In this document: piece after piece, positions 37,758 to 47,700 of the stretch
Layout: every line of letters starts with the position of its first letter
Position numbering within the stretch: position 1 is the stretch's first letter
Source: Promethearchaeota archaeon
Lineage (GTDB): Archaea; Asgardarchaeota; Lokiarchaeia; Sigyniarchaeales; SOKP01
Assembly (NCBI GenBank): GCA_048939995.1
Contig: JBHLOY010000002.1
Location: 256,001 to 320,000, forward strand
Length of the DNA stretch: 64,000 nucleotides
Reading direction: 5' to 3'
Program-made: the position numbers and the translations under genes
The notes under the pieces: model-generated
What the model was told of the DNA's origin: nothing
What the model saw: only the letters and a program-made list of their open reading frames with translations
Databases searched by the model: none

Positions 37758-39839
37758 AGGTGTTTTAAAGTCACAAAATCTAATCATTTAAAATCTGAAA
37801 AAAGTCCTTATTTAATACAACACGCTAATAATCCCGTTGATTGGTATCCCTGGTCAGAAGAGGCTTTTACAAAAGCTAAAAACGATAATAAACCAATCTT
37901 TTTGTCAATAGGATATTCTACATGTCATTGGTGCCACGTAATGGCTCATGAAAGTTTTGAAAATGAAAGAGTAGCTGATTTAATGAATGATACCTTTATT
38001 TCAATTAAGGTTGACAGAGAAGAACGGCCTGATATAGATAATATTTACATGAAAGTCTGTCAGATGATGACTGGTTCTGGTGGTTGGCCATTGACCATTC
38101 TCCTTACACCTGACAAAAAACCTTTTTTTGCTGGAACTTATTTTCCTAAGGAAACTAGATTTGGAAGGATTGGTCTTGTAGATTTAATTAAGAGAGTTAA
38201 GAACCTTTGGCTGAATAATAACGCAGAGTTAAAAGATTCAGCTGAAAAAATTACACTATCACTCCAAAACTTAACTCAAGAAGCTCCTGGAGAAAAATTT
38301 ACTAAAAAAATATTAAATAAGACTTATAATCAATTAGTACTCTCTTTTGATTCGGAATACGGGGGATTTAGTGAAAGGCCTAAATTTCCTACTCCACATA
38401 ACCTACAATTTTTATTGCGATATTGGAAACGTACTGGAGAGGAAAAGGCAGTCCGCATGGTCGAAAAGACTTTAACGCAAATACGTGCAGGTGGGATATA
38501 TGATCATATTGGATTTGGAATTCATAGATATTCTACTGATCGGTATTGGCTTGTTCCTCATTTTGAAAAAATGTTATATGACCAGGCCTTAATAGCTCTC
38601 ACTTACATTGAAGCATATTCAGCAACAAAAAAAGAAATATATAAAAAAGTTGCTGAAGAAATTTTCAATTATGTTATTCGTGATATGAGATCCCCTGAAG
38701 GAGGTTTTTATTCAGCTGAAGATGCTGATAGTGAAGGTAAAGAAGGGAAATTTTATTTATGGAAAGAATCTGAATTAAGACAAATTCTCAATGCAGAAGA
38801 AGCGGATTATTTTATAAGACTTTATAGTATAAGTCAGTCTGGTAATTATTTAGAAGAATCAACTGGAAAGAAAATAGGTAAAAATATACCTCATTTAAAG
38901 GACGTAAGCGAACTCAAACAGGAAAAAAGTTACTTAAAAATTGATTCTATACGTCAGAAATTATATAATCAACGTGAGAAAAGGATTCATCCTTCTAAAG
39001 ATGATAAAATATTGACTGATTGGAATGGATTAATGATTGCAGCCCTATCAAGAGGAGCCAAAGTTTTAAAAAATAAATCATACTTAGACGTTGCACAGAA
39101 AGCAACTACATTTATTCTAAACAATCTTATAACAGAAAATGAGTCGCTCCTTCATCGTTATAAAGATGGAAGCGCTGAAATTGAAGGTTATTTAACTGAT
39201 TATGCTTTTTTTATTTGGGGCTTAATTGAACTTTTTGAGGCTACATTTGATATAAATTACTTAGAAATAGCTATAAAAATGAATAATTACCAAATTAAAC
39301 ATTTTTGGGATAATGAGGTTGGGGGGTTTTACTTCACATCTGATCTTAATGAAGAGTTATTAATCAGACAAAAAGAGATCTATGATGGTGCTATTCCCTC
39401 AGGAAATTCGGTTTCGATGTTAAACTTATTGCGGTTAAGTTATATTACAGGGGACCATGAATTAGAAACGAAAGCTGATATTTTAAGCAGAGTTTTTAGT
39501 GGTAAGTTAGAAGTGGCTCCAGTTGCTTATACCCAATTTATGGTTGCGGCTGATTTCGCTATTGGTCCTACGTATTCATTAGTTATTTCTGGTAATAGTA
39601 CTTCCCAAGATACAATAGAAATGCTAGAAACTATCAATAAGGAGTATCTCCCCAATAAAGTGCTTTTACTTAGAAAAATGGAACAAAAGACTCCTGATAT
39701 CGATAAGTTATCCAATTTTGTACAATTCTTTGATGATTTAAATGGTGAAGCTACTGCTTATGTATGTATAGACAAAACTTGTAAGCCTCCTACTCATGAT
39801 ATCGAAAAAATGCTTGAATATCTAAATTCTAACTGGTAA
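37758..39839 (+). CDS. YyaL/SPATA20-family thioredoxin-domain protein with (alpha/alpha)6 barrel
   Basis: Frame open from 37758: [24 protein letters not shown]...[58 protein letters not shown]. No canonical start before the conserved N-terminus. Confidence 0.9.
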   Translation, partial: RCFKVTKSNHLKSEKSPYLIQHANNPVDWYPWSEEAFTKAKNDNKPIFLSIGYSTCHWCHVMAHESFENERVADLMNDTFISIKVDREERPDIDNIYMKVCQMMTGSGGWPLTILLTPDKKPFFAGTYFPKETRFGRIGLVDLIKRVKNLWLNNNAELKDSAEKITLSLQNLTQEAPGEKFTKKILNKTYNQLVLSFDSEYGGFSERPKFPTPHNLQFLLRYWKRTGEEKAVRMVEKTLTQIRAGGIYDHIGFGIHRYSTDRYWLVPHFEKMLYDQALIALTYIEAYSATKKEIYKKVAEEIFNYVIRDMRSPEGGFYSAEDADSEGKEGKFYLWKESELRQILNAEEADYFIRLYSISQSGNYLEESTGKKIGKNIPHLKDVSELKQEKSYLKIDSIRQKLYNQREKRIHPSKDDKILTDWNGLMIAALSRGAKVLKNKSYLDVAQKATTFILNNLITENESLLHRYKDGSAEIEGYLTDYAFFIWGLIELFEATFDINYLEIAIKMNNYQIKHFWDNEVGGFYFTSDLNEELLIRQKEIYDGAIPSGNSVSMLNLLRLSYITGDHELETKADILSRVFSGKLEVAPVAYTQFMVAADFAIGPTYSLVISGNSTSQDTIEMLETINKEYLPNKVLLLRKMEQKTPDIDKLSNFVQFFDDLNGEATAYVCIDKTCKPPTHDIEKMLEYLNSNW

Positions 39840-39858
39840 TTCTTGCTTGCAAGCTAAA

Positions 39859-40050
39859 TTAACGCCTTTCAGTTATTACATCTATTATCTCTAGAGGGAT
39901 ATAAATCAAATTATTATATTTGTCCTTTAAAATTACTATATTCTCATCTGTAATAGAATCAAGAATTCCACCAAATTCTCTTTCAATATGTTTAATGTAA
40001 ATATAAACATCTATTTCTACTAATCTTTCTACCAAACTTTTTGGAATCAT
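39859..40050 (-). CDS. Small beta-rich protein, possibly Sm/LSm-like fold
   Basis: 63 aa: short helix, then VYIYI..EFGGIL..IVIL..LIYIPLEIIDVI. Confidence 0.55.
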   Translation of the reverse strand: MIPKSLVERLVEIDVYIYIKHIEREFGGILDSITDENIVILKDKYNNLIYIPLEIIDVITERR

Positions 40051-40216
40051 CTTTAAATTAAAATTTTTTATTTTAATATTTGAAATAATCTTTCAAAGTT
40101 TTTAATTTTAAATCCAAGTTTGGAAATTAAAGCAATTAATTATAAAAATCGATGAGTAGACATCAGATTATTTAATATTTCTTAGAATAAGCTCTAATTT
40201 ATAACAACTGTATCCT

Positions 40217-41746
40217 TCACTTATTTTTCAATTTTTTTCTTTTTTGGGCAATTAGTTGGATAATTACGAGGCCTAATAGAATTCCCGCGCCAGATGTTAA
40301 AATGATAGCTTCTATCGGAAAACTGCCACTATCTATGTTCTCTCCATAAACACATCCACTATTATTACTAAATTTATTATCATGACAATCTTGTTCTGCG
40401 ATACATATTCCATTATCTAGAATAATATTTTGCGAGATCGTGTTAAAATTGCTCTCCACCAAAAAGATTCCATATTGGCTGTGATTGTATATGAAGTTAT
40501 CGATTATATCATTAAAACTTGTCCTATTCAGAAATATACCAGAATATTCATTTTCATCAATGATGTTTTCAGAAACTTGATTACTGGTACAATATAAAAT
40601 TCTGATTCCATACAGGTTGTATGACATTGAGTTTTCTAAAATATTGTTATGATCGCTAAAAACCATAAAAATACCTTCTCTGTTTCTATTTATTTTATTT
40701 TGTTTAATATCATTATAAAAAGTAAGAATTAGCCCAATTCCTGATTCTCTATTATCGCTTACATTATTTTCTGAAATTAAGTTATAATCACTCTGATCTA
40801 AAGTTATTCCATATCTATCATTATTGTATGCATTATTTCTCGTAATCTTAGTATCATAATTATAATATAATGAGATTCCATCTGTATTGCTATATGCAAT
40901 ATTGCCAGAGGCATTGTTATAAGATCCATATCTAATATATATTCCACATCCACTTTTGTTAGCAACATTATTTGAAATCCTATTCCAATCACTATGATTT
41001 AAATAAATTCCATAAAGTTCGCTTTTGGTTACTTTATTTTCTGAAATAGAATTATCATAACTATTCAACAATCTAATTCCAAAATTATTATTCTGTACTA
41101 TATTTCCTACAATCATAGTGTTATTGCTATCTACTAAATTTATCCCAGCTCCCATTATAAGCCCGCTGCTATTTGCTACCTTATTACTTAAAATCTTATT
41201 GAAGCTACTCTGATTTAAATTTATACCCATTAAACCACTATTATTTACTACATTACCCACAATAGAATTATTATGACTTTTTATCAAATTAATCCCCACA
41301 GAATTAGTTAAACAATAATTTTCGATTATCTGAGAATTATTCACATTCTCGAATTCAATTCCTGCATTCAGCCATCCAGTTCCTGAATTATACACAGAAC
41401 AATTTTCAATTATGAAATAGACGTTAGAATTTTCGATTAATATGCCATTTTCAGAGAATTCTGCATCAATTACTAGATCTTTTATAACGTAAGGTTTCGA
41501 ATAAGTGCCGTTTCCTGTGCAAATATCTGCAGTTCTAACTGCTGTCCAATTATTATTAATATGAATTCTACCAGATATTTGTGCTCTCTTCAATTTTTTA
41601 AAGTCATATTTTGGGCTTTTCTGGTTGAAAGATGGTATTATGTTAGAATTTTCATTTACAATTGTTAATAATACGCAAAGGAAAGCTAAGGTTATTGAAA
41701 TCAAAATTTTAGTTTTTGCATTTAATTTCACTTTAAAAACGCCCAA
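40217..41746 (-). CDS. Cell-surface right-handed beta-helix (NosD/CASH-repeat) protein
   Basis: N-terminal TM/signal, GNGTYSKPYVIKDLVID, many GI.L..S..N.I..N repeats, C-terminal TM plus basic tail. Confidence 0.88.
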   Translation of the reverse strand: MGVFKVKLNAKTKILISITLAFLCVLLTIVNENSNIIPSFNQKSPKYDFKKLKRAQISGRIHINNNWTAVRTADICTGNGTYSKPYVIKDLVIDAEFSENGILIENSNVYFIIENCSVYNSGTGWLNAGIEFENVNNSQIIENYCLTNSVGINLIKSHNNSIVGNVVNNSGLMGINLNQSSFNKILSNKVANSSGLIMGAGINLVDSNNTMIVGNIVQNNNFGIRLLNSYDNSISENKVTKSELYGIYLNHSDWNRISNNVANKSGCGIYIRYGSYNNASGNIAYSNTDGISLYYNYDTKITRNNAYNNDRYGITLDQSDYNLISENNVSDNRESGIGLILTFYNDIKQNKINRNREGIFMVFSDHNNILENSMSYNLYGIRILYCTSNQVSENIIDENEYSGIFLNRTSFNDIIDNFIYNHSQYGIFLVESNFNTISQNIILDNGICIAEQDCHDNKFSNNSGCVYGENIDSGSFPIEAIILTSGAGILLGLVIIQLIAQKRKKLKNK

Positions 41747-41802
41747 AGCTTTTTATTATAATGTAAAGTAATTATGTAAAGAAACTTTTAAATGCTATTA
41801 AA

Positions 41803-43260
41803 TTAAGGATAATCTCCATGCGTCCACGTGTTTATTGAAAAGTCAATAAAAGTTCTAACCGCCTTGCTATTAGAAAGAACATGCCGATTTGAATAAAGAA
41901 TTCTCAATCTATGTTTGCTTTTAAGGGTGCGAGAGATTTGTTCCAAAATATATTTTGGTCTAGTAAAAAATTTGAAATAAGCTCTTCGAATCAATTTTTT
42001 CACATCAGCAAGGGGAGGACTTAAAGTCTTAACACCATTTTCCCAGTATTTATCTGGATTAATTTTTCCTTCTTTGACTAGATCATCCCAAATTTTAGTT
42101 CCTGGGATTGCTCCAAAAATATGGAATTGAGGATAATCAATTTCTAATTTTCGAGAAAAAGCAAGGGTTTTTTTAATCTCTCCTAAAGTTTCTGTAGGCA
42201 GACCTAATACAAACGTTCCCATAATGAAATCAATACCACTTTTTTTAGTTTTTTTTGTAGCATTAATGGCTATTTGTGGAGTGATTCTTTTATTTAAATA
42301 ATTAAGTATTCTTTGATTTGCACTTTCGATACCAAATGAGATTGTTCGACATCCTGCTCTTTTCATTTCTCGAAGTAATATATCATTTACAAGATCAACC
42401 CTTTGATCACAAACCCAATTAAATTTGAGTTTATGCCTTTCCATTTCCCGAAATAATTTTATTGCTCTCTTAGGATTATTAGTAAAATTATCATCAACCC
42501 AGTATAAGTTAGTGTATCCCTTACTTTCAAGGTATACTAGTTCTTTTAGTATATGAGATATCGATCTAGGTCGCCATCGTCCTTTTGACAACTTGCTTTG
42601 ACAACAAAAAGTACAATCAAAAGTACATCCCCTGGAAGACTGAATAGTTGTAAATTTTCCGTAATCGGCGTTAACCCCTCCATAGTTTTGACAATAATTT
42701 ATATCACCGCATGCTTCTCTAGCTGGAAATGGTAAGTCATCAAGATTACTAACTAAAGGTCTTTCTGGATTAACTTTTATAGTATTTTTATATCGATATG
42801 TAATTCCTAATACATCTTTTAGATTTTTGTTGCTTTCAAAAGAGTTCACTAATTCATGAAAAGTAAGCTCTCCCTCGCCTCTTACGCATACATCAACAAA
42901 AGGATATTTATTCAATATTTTATCATGATTAAAAGTAGCATGACAGTTCCCAAAGACAATCTTAACATTTGGATTCCAATCTTTAACTAATTTTGCAATG
43001 TAAGTTGCTCTTAGACCCATATTAATATCAGTCAAAGTATTGAAACCTACTATCTCAGGATCATATTTTTTTATTTGCCTAAGAACTTCTTTTGTAGGTA
43101 TTTTTGTTGCATGTTGATCGATTAAAATACTCCCATACCCTTGCTTTTTAATATATGCAATGATATATAAAATTCCTAATGGGGGATAAGCACCAGTTGT
43201 CTCATGACTTCTTTCAATTATATAAGATCGAGGAGCTGGATTGATAAAGCAAACTTTCAT
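41803..43260 (-). CDS. B12-binding radical SAM protein (class B methyltransferase-like)
   Basis: PPLGILYIIA, GNCHAT, VRGEGE, SRGCTFDCTFC, DDNF, GIESANQ. Confidence 0.9.
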   Translation of the reverse strand: MKVCFINPAPRSYIIERSHETTGAYPPLGILYIIAYIKKQGYGSILIDQHATKIPTKEVLRQIKKYDPEIVGFNTLTDINMGLRATYIAKLVKDWNPNVKIVFGNCHATFNHDKILNKYPFVDVCVRGEGELTFHELVNSFESNKNLKDVLGITYRYKNTIKVNPERPLVSNLDDLPFPAREACGDINYCQNYGGVNADYGKFTTIQSSRGCTFDCTFCCQSKLSKGRWRPRSISHILKELVYLESKGYTNLYWVDDNFTNNPKRAIKLFREMERHKLKFNWVCDQRVDLVNDILLREMKRAGCRTISFGIESANQRILNYLNKRITPQIAINATKKTKKSGIDFIMGTFVLGLPTETLGEIKKTLAFSRKLEIDYPQFHIFGAIPGTKIWDDLVKEGKINPDKYWENGVKTLSPPLADVKKLIRRAYFKFFTRPKYILEQISRTLKSKHRLRILYSNRHVLSNSKAVRTFIDFSINTWTHGDYP

Positions 43261-43566
43261 TTTGTAATCTAATCTTATCTTAAAAGAATATTAATTAAAA
43301 AAGTAAAAGTAAGTTAAATTTTTAGATTATTAATTGAATTCATTCTTATTTATTTGTACACCATGGATCTATAAAAAATTAATTAAATCAATAATTATTC
43401 TTTTTAAAGAAAAGCATAAATTAGAAAAATCGTGGAAATTATATCCTATACAGACTTTAAATTAAATAAATTAAAATAAAGAAACTAAAAACATCTAAGG
43501 TAAAGTTTAATATTTATTAGTGGGTGAATTAACATTTCAGGGGATATAGTAAATAAAATTAATTCA

Positions 43567-44733
43567 ATGGCAAACTTCTGCTATAATTGTAATCGATGTG
43601 TGAATGTTTGTCCACTCTCTCATATTGATGTTTTTTACCCTCAAAAATTAATAGTTGATTTAGTCTCATCACCTATAGAAGAGGTTATAAAAAATCATAA
43701 TATCTGGGATTGTCTTACGTGTGGTCTCTGCAGTAATTATTGTCCTATGACAGAGGGAAAATTTGGGGTAAAATTTCCTGAGTTAATCTTAGAGTTAAGA
43801 AAACTGGGTCTCAATAATAGTACTCAAGTAGATAAAATCATCCAATGCGAAACTCATGATGAAATCTTTCCTCTTATATCAAGAATAATGTCAGATGATA
43901 AATTAAGTCCAAATAAGTTAGAATTTCTAAAAAGCACAGCCTTAAAAACTACAAGCTCAGGCGAGATTGCATATTTTACGGGATGTTTACCTCTCATGGA
44001 GAATATTTTTTATAAATCAGATGTAAATTATTTAAACATTCCAAAAACTATAATTGGTTTACTTAATGAGGCTAATATATCCCCAGTCGTCTTAAATGAA
44101 AAATGTTGTGGACATGATATATTATGGGGCAAAGGAGATATTAACACTTTTAAAAAGCTAGCTGAATATAATGTAAAACTTTATAGAGATGCAGGAGTCA
44201 AAACCATCATTCTAGGATGCGCAGAAGGTTATAGAACTTGGAAATTCGACTATCCAAAAGTTATAAAAGATTATGATTTTGAAGTTCTTCATTTCTCTGA
44301 ATTCTTTCTTAAAGAAAATATCCTTGAAAATGTTAGATTCCCACGAGAAACCAAGATAAAAGTCACTTATCATGACGCTTGCAGATTGGGGCGTTTAGGA
44401 GGAAAATTATATGATGCTCCAAGGAATTTACTTAAAAAGATTCCCGGAGTAGAATTAATTGAGATGAAAAACATTAAAGATGATGCTAATTGTTGTGGAG
44501 TTTCAGCATTTATAGGATGCAACGAATCAACCCGCGTTTTTAGACAGAACCGAATTAATGAAGCTATAGAAACTGGAGCAGATTATTTAATTGTACCTTG
44601 CCCCAAATGCTGGACTCATTTTGATTGTTATCTTAATGAGCCCTCCTTAGATGATGAACATAAAGATTTAAAAAATAAAATTAAAGTAATAGATTTAGCA
44701 AGCTTTATTGGCGAATTACTTTTCCTAGTTTAA
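43567..44733 (+). CDS. HdrD/GlpC-like Fe-S oxidoreductase (2x4Fe-4S + CCG domains)
   Basis: CYNCNRCVNVCP, CLTCGLCSNYCP, YFTGC, EKCCG, YHDACRLGR, NCCG, PCPKC. Confidence 0.88.
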   Translation: MANFCYNCNRCVNVCPLSHIDVFYPQKLIVDLVSSPIEEVIKNHNIWDCLTCGLCSNYCPMTEGKFGVKFPELILELRKLGLNNSTQVDKIIQCETHDEIFPLISRIMSDDKLSPNKLEFLKSTALKTTSSGEIAYFTGCLPLMENIFYKSDVNYLNIPKTIIGLLNEANISPVVLNEKCCGHDILWGKGDINTFKKLAEYNVKLYRDAGVKTIILGCAEGYRTWKFDYPKVIKDYDFEVLHFSEFFLKENILENVRFPRETKIKVTYHDACRLGRLGGKLYDAPRNLLKKIPGVELIEMKNIKDDANCCGVSAFIGCNESTRVFRQNRINEAIETGADYLIVPCPKCWTHFDCYLNEPSLDDEHKDLKNKIKVIDLASFIGELLFLV

Positions 44734-44789
44734 AAGACAATGGAATGTAAAATGTCAGAATGTGATAAATAAAAATTTTTAGATGTAAT

Positions 44790-47700
44790 ATGAGTGAAAA
44801 TAACAAAGTAGGAGCTGCATTAGTTATAGGAGCAGGGATTGGGGGATGTCAAGCAGCGTTAGATTTAGCAAATTCAGGTATAAAGGTTTATCTGGTTGAG
44901 AAAAATCCTTCCATTGGTGGCGTAATGGCTCAATTAGATAAGACTTTTCCGACGAATGATTGTTCCATGTGTATTCTAGCTCCAAAACTTGTAGCAGTAG
45001 ATAGAGATCCTAACATTGAATTGATAACTTATGCGGATGTCCTAAGTGTTAAAGGAAACGCAGGTAACTTTAATGTTACAATTAATAAAAGGACAAGGTA
45101 TATCATTGAAGATAAATGTACAGGCTGCGGAGAATGTATTCAACAATGTCCCGTTCAAATGCCTGATGAGTTTAATCAAGGACTGAGTGATCGGAAAGCA
45201 ATGTATCTTCAATTCCCTCAAGCTGTACCTTTTAAAACATTGATAGATAAAAGAGGAATATCTCCTTGCAGAGATGCATGTCCTGCTCACATAAACACGC
45301 AGGGATATGTTGGTTTGATTTCTAAAGGAAAATATCAAGAGGCTTTGGACCTTATAAGAGAAAGATGTCCCCTTCCATCTGTGATTGGTCGTATTTGTCC
45401 TCACTATTGCGAAGATGCTTGTAATAGGAAGGAAATTGATGAACCAGTAAATATTTGTGGACTGAAAAGATTTGTAGCTGACCACATAAGAGAGAATTTT
45501 GAAGAAAAAATCACTTTTTTGGAGGAAAAGAAAGAAGATAAAGTAGCTATCATTGGTTCAGGTCCTGCAGGATTAACTGTTGCATATCATTTAGCTAGAA
45601 GAGGCTACCCAGTAACTATTTTTGAAAAAGAATCAGTCCCTGGAGGAATGCTTAGAATAGGTATACCTGATTATCGATTACCACCTGAAATCTTGGAAGC
45701 AGATATTGATCATATCAAAAAATATGGCGTAGAAATAAAAACAAATGCTTGCTTTGGGCCAGATCTTACTTTCAGCGATTTAAAGAAGCAAGGATACAAA
45801 GCTATATTCATTTCTATAGGGCTTCATAAAAGTCGTGAAATGAAAATAGAAGGGGATGATCTTAAAAATGTATTATATGGAGTAGAATTTCTTAGAAATT
45901 TAAATTTGGCAATAGAAACTCCTAATATCAAGGATAAAATTGTTGGTGTAGTTGGCGGAGGAGATGTAGCTATGGATGCTGCTCGCTCTGCGCTTCGATT
46001 AGGTGCAAAAAAAGTTATCATTATTTATAGACGTTCTGAAAACGAAATGCCTGCTTCGAAAGAAGAAATTGAAATGTCAAAGGAAGAGGGCATAGAATTC
46101 CAATTCTTAACTAATCCAGTAAAAATTTATGGAGATAAATCTAAAAAAGTAACTGAAATAGAATGTGTTCGAATGGAACTAGGCGAACTTGATGCTTCAG
46201 GAAGAAGAAGACCTATGCCAATAAAAAATTCTGAGTATAAAATGAAAATTGACACAGTTATATTAGCCATCGGCCAAGAAGCAGATTTCTCTTTATTACA
46301 AGCTGCCTGTCAAGATGAATTAGAATTTGATCAATCAAATCTGATTCAAATTAATAAAAAAACTTTTGAAACTAATATCCCTGGAATCTTCGCAGGCGGT
46401 GAAATTGTAAAAGGTCCTGGTTCAGCAATAGAAGCTATAGCCATTGGAAATAAAGTAGCAATAACACTTGAAAAATTTCTAAAAGATGAAGTAATTACAG
46501 AAGAATTAGAAACGATCCCTGATTATCGTGAGGAAGAAATTATTGGAATGGACGATATTGAGAACATTGAGAGATTCTCATGTCAAGAACGAAAAGAATG
46601 TAGTGTATGCATGCCTGATGAACGGATAATGAATTTCGAAGAAGAAACTAGAACTATGACAGAACAAGAAGCGATTGAAGAAGCAAACCGTTGCCTGAAT
46701 TGTGCTTCTTGTTGTGAATGTTTTGAATGTGTGAGAGCTTGTATGGCTGATGCTGTTGATCATACCTTAAAGAATGAGTTACTTTCTATTAATGTTGGAG
46801 CTATAATATTAGCACTTGGTTCTGATGTATATATTCCCGGAGAAGGAAATGTTTATGGCTATGGTGAATATAAGAATGTTATCACAAGTATAGCATTTGA
46901 AAGAATATTAAATGCATCTGGACCATTTAAAGGAGAGGTTGTTCGTCCATCAGATCATACGACTCCTAAAAAAATCGCATTTTTACATTGTGTTGGTTCT
47001 AGGGATAAAAAAATAGGTCATGAATATTGCTCATCAATGTGTTGCATGTACACAACCAAAGAAGCAGTAATTGCAAAAGAACATTCTGAAAACGTTGAAC
47101 CAACAGTTTTTTCTATGGATCTAAGAGCACATGGAAAAGATTTTGAGAAATATATTGAGAGAGCTAAGAACGATTATGGGATAAGATACATTCGAAGTAG
47201 AATCTCTTCTATAACAGAAATTCCTGATTCTGAAGACTTAAAAATAAAATTTGAAACAGAAGAAGGAAAAGTGGTTGAAGAGATTTTCAATTTGGTTGTT
47301 TTATCGGTTGGTATACAACCCAATTCAACAGTATCAACATTAGCAAAAGAATTAAATATCGAACTAAATGAGTATGGTTTTTGTAAGACTGAGAGATTTA
47401 ATCCAAGTGAAACGTCACGACCAGGAGTTTATGTATGTGGCACTTTTAAAGAACCAAAAGATATACCAGAAACAGTTATAGAAGCTAGTGCTGCTGCTGG
47501 AGCAGTAAACGTACTTTTATCTGATGTTAGGGATACATTAGTAGCTCAAGAAAAACATTTTGAGGAACGTGACATAACTGGGGAAGAAACTCGTATTGGA
47601 GTATTTGTATGCCATTGTGGAATCAATATTGGAGGAGTTGTAGATGTTCCAGAAGTAGTTGACTATGCTAGTACTTTACCAGATGTTGTATATGCTGAAA

